Positions 1 through 7,115 of a stretch of DNA of 32,000 nt are shown piece by piece; position 1 is the first letter of the stretch; every line of letters begins with the position of its first letter. The translations under genes and the position numbers were made by a program. Under the pieces are notes generated by a model. The model made no database searches, was not told where the DNA came from, and saw only the letters and a list, made by a program, of their open reading frames with translations. Origin of the DNA: Vulcanisaeta distributa DSM 14429 (GTDB lineage Archaea; Thermoproteota; Thermoprotei; Thermoproteales; Thermocladiaceae); the NCBI RefSeq assembly GCF_000148385.1, contig NC_014537.1, forward strand, positions 600,001 through 632,000, read 5' to 3'.

Positions 1-721
1 CGTTCTCCATGTAAAGTAGGCCAACCTGAAACGTAGTTAGATCATCACGCGCATTGTAGTACGTAAGTAGTGGGAAGCCGAGTTGACCCATTACGAGGAA
101 GGTGAGGAAGGATGGTATTAGGAATAATGCGAAGGCGCTATTCACATGAAACGTAAGGCCGGTCTCAACAGTGTAATTGGGCTCAGGTAAGGTGATCAGT
201 AGAGGTAATGCAGCCAGCGGTATTAATGAGCCTAGAAGCATCAGGACCCTGAAGCCGTATACCTCATACAGTAGGCCGCCTATGGCCGGCCCAATGGCCC
301 AACCAGCGTTTATACCAACACGAAGCCTACTGAAGTACTTAACAAGTGATGCAAATCCTCTTGCGTAGTCCCCAACGATTGATGTATTGGCAACTCCATA
401 GGCGTTATTGAAGAAGGACTGTGTGAGAACCATGATAATTACAATGAGTGGTTCATTAATTATGTAGGCAAGGAATAGGGCTATTGATGATGCCACCGCC
501 GAGACAACCATGGTCCGGACTCGGCCCAGCAAGTCCGTTAAGTAACCACCCACTATGAAGGCTATGGAGCTGATCACGGCCTGCGCAACGTAAAATAGCG
601 AGACCAGGGTTAGAGATAATTTGTAATACTGGAATAGTGCGAATCCCGTGAATGACCAAAGAAGTGAGCCACCCAGGGCCCTGATGGCGCCTATCAAGGC
701 AAGCTTATTGCTTAGTTCCAT
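1..721 (-). CDS. MFS-type transporter, N-terminal part (gene runs off the left edge of the window)
   Basis: Absent from the ORF track because there is no stop inside the window. I checked the minus-strand frame starting at ATG 721-719 codon by codon and it stays open down to position 2. It reads MELSNKLALIGAIRALGGSLLWSF...IVGGYLTDLLGRVRTMVVSAV..., with successive hydrophobic helices and a G-x-L-x-D-x-x-GR loop like MFS motif A. The track ORF 456..659 is a different frame on the same strand. Confidence 0.7.
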   Translation of the reverse strand, partial: MELSNKLALIGAIRALGGSLLWSFTGFALFQYYKLSLTLVSLFYVAQAVISSIAFIVGGYLTDLLGRVRTMVVSAVASSIALFLAYIINEPLIVIIMVLTQSFFNNAYGVANTSIVGDYARGFASLVKYFSRLRVGINAGWAIGPAIGGLLYEVYGFRVLMLLGSLIPLAALPLLITLPEPNYTVETGLTFHVNSAFALFLIPSFLTFLVMGQLGFPLLTYYNARDDLTTFQVGLLYMEN

Positions 722-802
722 TCAGACACGCTCAGTTGCGTACTCTTTTAAGTTATTTCGTAATTAATCATCCTTTTAAAGCCTTAAGTTAAATAATCCC
801 AT

Positions 803-2974
803 GTGCTCAATCCACTGGTATTACTTGCGATAATGGTGACTCTGCCCAACGGCACGGTGTACCACTCCATCAATCCATTAATTAGTAATTACGGGATTTA
901 CATATACCCGATCAATTATGCCGTCATTTATAGGCACGTGATTGGCTCAGGCACGTACATAATGACCATAACCCCAGGCACTTACTACTCAGTGAGTGTT
1001 TATGGTCCCGGGCCAATGGGGCTATACCTAACCTCCAACATGAATGTGCTACTACTCGTACTAAGCAGTCAGGGTTTCAGTGAGTTAAAGTCTGGGGCCT
1101 TAGTCAAACCGTTATTTGCATATTACGGGCAGGAGCTCAATGCTACCATCGAATTACCCAGTGGTGAGTATTATATTGTCGTTATTAATAATGGCTCATC
1201 AACAGCCCAGGCAATGCTCGTGACAACTCATAACTACTCAACACCGATTATCAATGCGCCGATTGGTATTGTTGATTATGGGTTAATGCCCTCACAGGTG
1301 GGTTACATACCATACTCATACATGACCAACGAATTCCTTGGTGAGGCGAGGGTACTGAGTATTGGCGTTCAACCACTAACCAACTGCCCCCCACTACCGC
1401 CCGGCTCATTCTCCCTCCAGTTGAATGCGGTGCTTGAGATGGTAGTTAACAACAAAACCCAGTATTACTGGGTTCAAAACGTCTTAATCATTGACCCAAC
1501 CTACGGCTTAATGGCGCCGCTGGTGAATGTTTGGAACATGAGTAGTGCTGAGTTATTCATGGACCCACTATTCATCGTTGGGCGTGGTTCGGTGATGAAT
1601 AACGAGGTCTACGCATACATGGGTAACTGGACACCCTATGAAATGCCCTTGTCCGTGAACCTGACGATAATAACGAACAAGACAGTTAATGGCTTTCCCC
1701 AGGTACTCATTGGCTACTCAATGGGTGGCATTAATACGCTTGTTGATAATGTCACGTTCTTAATGACGCCATCATGGGGCCCACACCTTGTCGTGAATGG
1801 CTCGGAATACTCACCACTGGGTTACCTAATTGATGCGGAGTTCGTAATTGGGGGCCCGGGTTGTGGGGCGATGGTGAGGGTTAATGAGTTGAATGCTACG
1901 TTGTCCCTTTATTACAGGGGGCCTAGTGGTGATTTAATTCCCATGCCCAGTGCCTGGAGCATGGGTAGCGATACTGGCGAGACCGTGGTTAATGCCAGGG
2001 TTTACGCGATCGAACCAGGTACTGTGTATGTAACGACGGGTGGTGAGTACCTTGGGCCTCTGATCAACGCTGATTACCTGGCGTTCCTCATACTCAACGA
2101 CTACCTACTTAATAATCAAAGCATCACCTCCATTGCGTTGCCGTTACCCATTAATTCCGGGGTAGTCGTAACGACACCGCGGGATGTTTACCTTGGGAAT
2201 AACACATTACTTAGGTTGGTCGGTCTACTCATTAATAATGAGTATGTTAATTCCACGGAGTTAAAGCTAGTAATGAATCAGTCATACGTAGTTAATTACC
2301 TATGGACCAGGTATTACAGGCTAAACATAGTCGACGTGTCAAACCAACTCACGAACCTAAGTGGTTGGTATAATGAGGATAGTATAGCCAACATTACCGT
2401 ACCCAAAACAATGATTTACCTCAGCAATGGGACTAGGCTTGTATTCATAGGCTTCACGACAAACGCCACGCATTACGTCATTACGAATAACACGCTCATC
2501 CTACTCATGGATAGACCCGTGACCATAACCCTCAACTGGGTCAGGGAGTACAACACCTCATTAACCCTATACACAATCAATGGGGCCTACGTCGGCACGG
2601 TATACCTGGGGTGGGTCAGGTATGGTGAGGAGGTGACCAACGTGAGCATTAACGGCATTACCTACGAATTGAGAACCCCATTAATAATCAATGGCGTGAG
2701 TGGCACGGCAATACTCAACGCCGAGTATAGGGATTTCATTGTCAGGGACCTGCTGGGATTGCCCGAGCCCTTTACCCAGGTAATCATTAAGTGCGGTGGT
2801 CAGGAATTTAGCAGTACGACGAGTGCCTATGGAATGACCCAGGAGTTGCTAGTTCCAATTAATGTTGGGTGCATTGTCGAGGCGCCGGTAATTGGTTATT
2901 ACAGCATTGCGTTAGTGATCGCCCTACTTTTAATTGCAATATTAATAATTACACGATTAATACGACAGCATTAA
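803..2974 (+). CDS. Thermopsin-family (peptidase A5-like) secreted glycoprotein with a C-terminal membrane anchor
   Basis: 723-aa ORF with a short hydrophobic N-terminus, more than twenty N-x-S/T sequons by my count, and a C-terminal TM helix (YYSIALVIALLLIAILIITRLI). The blocks APIGIVDYGL, FSLQLNAVL..YYWVQNV and IDAEFVIGGPGCGA..LNATLSLYY match my recollection of conserved thermopsin blocks (PAGIASFGLY, ATLQFNIVL..YWLQDV, DAELVWGGGGNGA..LNCTLGLYY). The track start is GTG 803, and an in-frame ATG at 833 is an alternative. Confidence 0.65.
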   Translation: MLNPLVLLAIMVTLPNGTVYHSINPLISNYGIYIYPINYAVIYRHVIGSGTYIMTITPGTYYSVSVYGPGPMGLYLTSNMNVLLLVLSSQGFSELKSGALVKPLFAYYGQELNATIELPSGEYYIVVINNGSSTAQAMLVTTHNYSTPIINAPIGIVDYGLMPSQVGYIPYSYMTNEFLGEARVLSIGVQPLTNCPPLPPGSFSLQLNAVLEMVVNNKTQYYWVQNVLIIDPTYGLMAPLVNVWNMSSAELFMDPLFIVGRGSVMNNEVYAYMGNWTPYEMPLSVNLTIITNKTVNGFPQVLIGYSMGGINTLVDNVTFLMTPSWGPHLVVNGSEYSPLGYLIDAEFVIGGPGCGAMVRVNELNATLSLYYRGPSGDLIPMPSAWSMGSDTGETVVNARVYAIEPGTVYVTTGGEYLGPLINADYLAFLILNDYLLNNQSITSIALPLPINSGVVVTTPRDVYLGNNTLLRLVGLLINNEYVNSTELKLVMNQSYVVNYLWTRYYRLNIVDVSNQLTNLSGWYNEDSIANITVPKTMIYLSNGTRLVFIGFTTNATHYVITNNTLILLMDRPVTITLNWVREYNTSLTLYTINGAYVGTVYLGWVRYGEEVTNVSINGITYELRTPLIINGVSGTAILNAEYRDFIVRDLLGLPEPFTQVIIKCGGQEFSSTTSAYGMTQELLVPINVGCIVEAPVIGYYSIALVIALLLIAILIITRLIRQH

Positions 2975-3474
2975 CCCCTCAACTTACTATAGCCGAGTAT
3001 TGCATATACATCAGCTACTATATAGAGTATTAGACCGACAATGATTATCGTCAGTATTGCGCCGAGCCAATACCACCTAGCTGCACTCTCGAAATCACCC
3101 ACACCGCTTGACCTACCCAACTCATTATAGGCATTCCTTAAGAAGAAACCACTTATTAAAATAATTATGTAGAAGGCCACGAAAAAGGCTATAGCCATGC
3201 CCAGCCTACTCAATGCGCCAGGACCCATGTAAATAAGTGATAGGTATGCGGTACCCGCCAGTACGAATGCCAGGATTATGCCGCTAACTATAGCCGTTAC
3301 CAACGCATAAAGTGCATTACTCCAAATTGCATTGTTTCCATAGGCCCTGGACAACCTATACAGTGCTATTAGGACTAGTATATCGCCTACTATGCTTACG
3401 TAGGGTATCAACATTAGTATTGAACCAACAAAGCCAAGCGTACCTGCGGACCTAGTATCCTCCTGAGAACCCAT
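2971..3474 (-). CDS. Small polytopic membrane protein (DUF996-like by recollection)
   Basis: The ORF 2971..3579 has four to five hydrophobic helices (LGFVGSILMLIPYVSIVGDILVLIALYRLSRAYGNNAIWSNALYALV...). I prefer the internal ATG at 3474 (MGSQEDTRS...). The upstream 35 codons are very AT-rich, overlap the endA 3' end, and contain a TATA-like box 23 nt upstream of that ATG. Confidence 0.55.
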   Translation of the reverse strand: MGSQEDTRSAGTLGFVGSILMLIPYVSIVGDILVLIALYRLSRAYGNNAIWSNALYALVTAIVSGIILAFVLAGTAYLSLIYMGPGALSRLGMAIAFFVAFYIIILISGFFLRNAYNELGRSSGVGDFESAARWYWLGAILTIIIVGLILYIVADVYAILGYSKLRG

Positions 3475-3496
3475 TGCTGCATTAATTAATACATTC

Positions 3497-3504
3497 TTAA
3501 ATAA
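3497..3504 (-). promoter_or_regulatory. TATA-like box (TTATTTAA on the minus strand) for the membrane protein gene
   Basis: Its proximal edge lies 23 nt upstream of ATG 3474, in an AT-rich tract. This spacing fits a leaderless archaeal transcript. Confidence 0.35.
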
Positions 3505-3563
3505 GTATATCCTTGAATATACAAAGTAATCAATAAACACTGGGATATAAATGAGAAGATGCG

Positions 3564-4151
3564 CTACGCCCTCCACCACTCAAAGGCTATGTAGTGCATC
3601 TTACCATCAGCCTCACTTTGCGTTGCCAGAACAAACCTCTTATTCACACTGTGACTGAGCCTTGCTGCCCTCGTTATGTCAAGCGCACTCACGGCCCTCC
3701 TGGGCTCAATGAAGTGTAGTAGGACTGGTGCGTGGTCAATCCCAGGTCCCCTCTCGTAGACCGCAAATAACGAGCCGAACTTAAGCCCGCTCTTAACGAC
3801 GAAGCCCCCATCCCTCAACTCCCTATATATCGTATACACCTGGTCGAAGTTATTCACGGTGCTCCGCCCAACCCTAACCAGGTCATCCCTCGTTAACCTA
3901 TTACCGCCGCCATCAAAGACCTCCAGCAACCCCTTATCCACCAGGTAAAGAGCCTCAACAATCGAAAGCTGCAGTGGTGAGTTGACGTTGTTGACCTCGC
4001 TTAGTTTAACCTTATCCTCATTAACGAACTTACCGTAGAACCCCATTGAGTAGAGTTTCCTGGCCTCATTAATGTCCGTAACAACCACAGCACCGCCAAT
4101 TAGGTAACCCCTGAACACGTCACTGTAGTGCATTACGGCTATTAAAACCAA
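3564..4151 (-). CDS. endA: tRNA-splicing endonuclease, catalytic subunit
   Basis: 195 aa. The C-terminal block GLKFGSLFAVYERGPGIDHAPVLLHF....SHSVNKRFVLA carries the Tyr/His/Lys arrangement of archaeal EndA catalytic domains. The N-terminal domain (YLIGGAVVVTDINEARKLYSMGFYGKF) is also typical. Confidence 0.85.
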   Translation of the reverse strand: MVLIAVMHYSDVFRGYLIGGAVVVTDINEARKLYSMGFYGKFVNEDKVKLSEVNNVNSPLQLSIVEALYLVDKGLLEVFDGGGNRLTRDDLVRVGRSTVNNFDQVYTIYRELRDGGFVVKSGLKFGSLFAVYERGPGIDHAPVLLHFIEPRRAVSALDITRAARLSHSVNKRFVLATQSEADGKMHYIAFEWWRA

Positions 4152-4167
4152 ACCCCAGGATATGCGA

Positions 4168-4545
4168 TTACTCCCTCGGGGCCCTAACCGTGGCTATGCT
4201 ATTATCCGCAACGCCCAACCTCCTCATTTCCTCCTCATTACACCAAACCTCATTCCTCGGCACATCCTCGCTGGGTATCACCGTAAACACGTACCTCCTC
4301 TCCCTGGAACCACCGCCGACAAGCACTACCTCGACCTTATCCCTAATCTCCAGCTCCTTCATCGTCTCAGGGTTCATCTTCGCCTTACCCTCATCCACGT
4401 CACTCCTACGCCTAATCCTCAACCTCCTCTCACGCCTCTCCCTCTTCTCCTCAGGCCTGATCCCGCTCGGCGTTAGGAAACTGGGTATTAGGAGCTTCCT
4501 CGCAGGCTTACTCTCGCTTGGCTTACCCTCGCTCATCATTATCAT
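4168..4545 (-). CDS. Hypothetical protein with a highly basic N-terminal half and a small beta-rich C-terminal domain
   Basis: 125-aa ORF packed 12-16 nt from its minus-strand neighbours. The N-terminal half is a Lys/Arg/Glu-rich tract (EEKRERRERRLRIRRR). The C-terminus (VEVVLVGGGSRERRYVFTVIPSEDVPRNEVWCNEEEMRRLGVADNSIATVR) loosely resembles cradle-loop / double-psi barrel modules such as the Cdc48 N-domain, but this is weak. The plus-strand ORFs over the same DNA are Ser/Leu/Pro-rich shadows. Confidence 0.5.
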   Translation of the reverse strand: MIMMSEGKPSESKPARKLLIPSFLTPSGIRPEEKRERRERRLRIRRRSDVDEGKAKMNPETMKELEIRDKVEVVLVGGGSRERRYVFTVIPSEDVPRNEVWCNEEEMRRLGVADNSIATVRAPRE

Positions 4546-4557
4546 GGCATGAACCCC

Positions 4558-4854
4558 TTATTTATTCTTAACCTCACTAATCAGGCCTAATTCCCTGGCA
4601 CAATCAATGCAGTACCTACTAAGGCCAACCCTAACACTATCCCTCCTACAAACCAACCTACCACACCTAACGCAGTGCCCCACGGCAAGCCTCTCACGGC
4701 AGACTTGGCACAGGGTTGCTGAGCAGGCCTTACACACGTTTAGTGCGTGGTCAAAGTCGTCATCGCACACGTACCTACCACAGACCCTGCACCTAATTAC
4801 CGCGGGCCTCTCCTCACAAATGTCGCAAAGGTGAGTCAACTTAGTAATGTGCAT
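4558..4854 (-). CDS. Small multi-CxxC zinc-finger protein
   Basis: 98 aa with six C-x2-C pairs (CDIC, CRVC, CKAC, CQVC, CVRC, CIDC) plus extra Cys, enough for about three zinc-ribbon or treble-clef units. The regular Cys spacing argues for real coding over the antisense ORF 4607..4834. Confidence 0.65.
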   Translation of the reverse strand: MHITKLTHLCDICEERPAVIRCRVCGRYVCDDDFDHALNVCKACSATLCQVCRERLAVGHCVRCGRLVCRRDSVRVGLSRYCIDCARELGLISEVKNK

Positions 4855-4870
4855 TTTACACCTTAAATGC

Positions 4871-5773
4871 TTAATCGAGTGATGCCAGGTACTGCAGTAT
4901 GTCCGTCCTGGTTATTATGCCCACGGGCTTACCACCACTAACCACTATTAACCTACCGATCTTGTTCACGGTCATGAGCCTCATCGCGTCGTATATGTCG
5001 GCCTCCTTATCAATCGTAGGCACATCCCTCCTCGCGTAGTCCTCAACCCTCACGTTTAGGTTACCCTCATAGTAAGCCTTGGCAATCTCACTCGTGGTTA
5101 TTAAACCAACTATCCTACCCTCATCATCAATGACTGGGAGCGCCCTGATCTTCCTCTCGGCAAATACCTTAGCCGCCTCCTTAAGTGGTGAGTCATGCCT
5201 TATGGTTATCACGTTCTTACTCATTAGAGCCTCAACCTTAACCTTTGGTATGGCTATCAACTTATTAATGGCGACCACCAACTCCCTCAACCCCTCATTC
5301 TTCTCCGTAATCACGCCCTCGATTATGACCCTACTATTGGCCGTGGGCCCAATCCTAACATTATCACCAATCCTAATATTCTTCATATCCCCAATAACCC
5401 TAACAAGGGCCCTATTACTAAATGGGTTAATCACATCTAGCAACTCAATACCGGTCACGTATAGGTTCGTGGGCAACTTATTAATTGTTATTGGCGCTAT
5501 GTCGAGGGCGAATACCGTGTTCGTAGGCATCTTAACATACTCAAGGGCCTTCTGAGTCGGCACATAACCACCGTAGGGCCCAGTCTTGGACTCTATGTAC
5601 CCCATGGCCCTCAGGGCAACCATTGAGTTCCTAACCGTGCCCTCATTAATACCAAGCTTCTCAGCAATATCCCTAGACTTAACGGGCTTCTTAGACGCCA
5701 TGTACAACTCAACAAGCGCATTAAGTATCGAGGCATACGTCGAAGGCAATTTCTCAATCATCATACTAACCAC
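4871..5773 (-). CDS. Transcriptional regulator with an N-terminal winged HTH and a C-terminal CBS pair (COG2524-like)
   Basis: N-terminus: SRDIAEKLGINEGTVRNSMVALRAMGYIESKTGPYGGYVPT (wHTH). C-terminus: two CBS-like repeats (MSKNVITIRHDSPLKEAAKVFAERKIRALPVIDDEGRIVGLITTSEI and ...DAMRLMTVNKIGRLIVVSGGKPVGIITRTDIL). Confidence 0.8.
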   Translation of the reverse strand: MVSMMIEKLPSTYASILNALVELYMASKKPVKSRDIAEKLGINEGTVRNSMVALRAMGYIESKTGPYGGYVPTQKALEYVKMPTNTVFALDIAPITINKLPTNLYVTGIELLDVINPFSNRALVRVIGDMKNIRIGDNVRIGPTANSRVIIEGVITEKNEGLRELVVAINKLIAIPKVKVEALMSKNVITIRHDSPLKEAAKVFAERKIRALPVIDDEGRIVGLITTSEIAKAYYEGNLNVRVEDYARRDVPTIDKEADIYDAMRLMTVNKIGRLIVVSGGKPVGIITRTDILQYLASLD

Positions 5774-5864
5774 CTCACTATTAATTATGTAATAAAATAT
5801 TTATAATTTTTATTTACCGCAAAATCCACGAGCCTCTTCATCCATTATTAATAATTATCCTTAA

Positions 5865-7007
5865 TTATTTATAATTCGATAATGAACGGTAAACCCTAAC
5901 CTTCTTATTACCGCGAACCTCATAACCAAGGGACACCAGGCCACGCCTAACCAGCGAGCCCAATGCCTTGTAAACCCCCTGAATCGTCGCCACGCCACCC
6001 AGTCTTTCCCAAACCTCATAGGCGGTTAACGGCCTCGAACCCTCCAAAACCCCGAGTATGGCCTCCTGAAGCTTCGTTAACCCACCAAGCTCCCTACCAA
6101 CCCTATACTCCTTGATCCCAGTACCCGTTATAACGACCACGTAATCCCCACCAAGCGTTGAGGCCGCGGCATAGGCCATGGCGGACACAGGCTTAACGTA
6201 CATCCCGCTCCTCGCCAACTCAATCATTGACCTTATGGTCTCCTCATCACTCACATCAACAACCCTAGCCCCAGCGGCCCTGACAAGCCAATCACTAATT
6301 TCTGTCATCTGAGCAGCCCTATGCTTAACGAGTATTAACCTCGGCAAATCACCGATGAACCCCCACTCACGCAGTTCCCTAAAGCCCTCATAAACGGCCA
6401 GCGCCAGGTAACCCCTCTCCATGGGCAACACCACACCCTCCACCTCACCAACCTGCTCGTAAAGTTCGTAGGCTATGGTCTTAACACCATCAAGAAATAT
6501 GGGCTCGCCGTAGAACGTGTTAATGCCATGCCCACCACCGAATTCAATAGTCACATTACCCATAGTTGATAGCCTGAGGAGCTCCGCATACGCACCAACG
6601 CGGTCGGGATTAACATAGACCTTAGCACTAACCCCGGCGGCATTGGCATAGGTGGCTATTGATAACGTGAAGTCCTCCTCGAACAAAACCCTGATCTCAC
6701 CCACAGCATTACTAATTAATACTGATGAGCCCCTATCCATGAAGGACCCAGTTGGGTTCCTGGACTCATCCTTAATGAGCACGCCATTAACCCTCCTAAT
6801 CCTAGTGAAGCCCTCGCCAAGTGTTACGACCCTATCGCCGTAGTTCAACGCCGACGCGTACCTAAGGATGCTCGGCTTCTCCCTATCAATCCTCAAAACA
6901 CCCCTAGGCTCAGCTATTAATGGGAAGCCGCACCTAGGGCATGATGGGCCATTGCCAAGTCCTACATAGCCACACCTAAGGCACCTAAACCTCACGTTAA
7001 CCCGCAT
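5865..7007 (-). CDS. Threonine-synthase-like PLP-fold protein with an N-terminal zinc ribbon and an apparent C-terminal winged helix; the catalytic Lys is replaced
   Basis: The N-terminus has CLRCG...CPRCG. The block LGEGFTRI....IKDESRNPTGSFMDRG matches the ThrC signature NPTGSFKDRG, except that Met (ATG, 6738-6740) stands where the Schiff-base Lys is expected. A late ITGTGIK block is present. The C-terminal ~70 aa (LTAYEVWERLGGVATIQGVYKALGSLVRRGLVSLGYEVRGNKKVRVY) looks like a wHTH. Confidence 0.75.
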   Translation of the reverse strand: MRVNVRFRCLRCGYVGLGNGPSCPRCGFPLIAEPRGVLRIDREKPSILRYASALNYGDRVVTLGEGFTRIRRVNGVLIKDESRNPTGSFMDRGSSVLISNAVGEIRVLFEEDFTLSIATYANAAGVSAKVYVNPDRVGAYAELLRLSTMGNVTIEFGGGHGINTFYGEPIFLDGVKTIAYELYEQVGEVEGVVLPMERGYLALAVYEGFRELREWGFIGDLPRLILVKHRAAQMTEISDWLVRAAGARVVDVSDEETIRSMIELARSGMYVKPVSAMAYAAASTLGGDYVVVITGTGIKEYRVGRELGGLTKLQEAILGVLEGSRPLTAYEVWERLGGVATIQGVYKALGSLVRRGLVSLGYEVRGNKKVRVYRSLSNYK

Positions 7008-7078
7008 TCCCCCGGCTTATGATTACTCAATAGGGTAAAAGTTTTGTCCTTCTCTGCATAATTCCTGTCAGCATCATG

Positions 7079-7095
7079 TTAAATACCCACTATAT
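7079..7095 (+). promoter_or_regulatory. TATA-like elements upstream of herA (TTAAATA / TATAT)
   Basis: These AT-rich boxes end 21-31 nt upstream of ATG 7116, in the 108-nt divergent intergenic region. Confidence 0.3.
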
Positions 7096-7115
7096 CGAGA
7101 GTTGCTTGCTTAGCC

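Noticed and set aside
456-659. Track ORF of 67 aa on the minus strand
   Set aside because: It is a different frame from the continuous MFS reading frame, which I verified as open from 721 to the window edge. The MFS frame gives coherent TM helices.
4162-4552. Two plus-strand ORFs (104 and 120 aa) overlapping the 125-aa minus-strand gene
   Set aside because: Their Ser/Leu/Pro/Thr-rich composition is typical of the antisense of a Lys/Arg/Glu-rich gene. All neighbours are on the minus strand with 12-16 nt spacing, which fits the minus ORF.
5079-5555. A 158-aa plus-strand ORF antisense to the wHTH-CBS regulator. Similar antisense ORFs occur at 7736..8134, 13795..14404, 15303..15854, 17974..18461, 22272..22974, 23228..23812, 24741..25055, 25545..25853 and 26848..27214
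   Set aside because: Each overlaps a longer ORF on the opposite strand that carries clear family motifs. The antisense translations are compositionally biased and have no recognisable domains.
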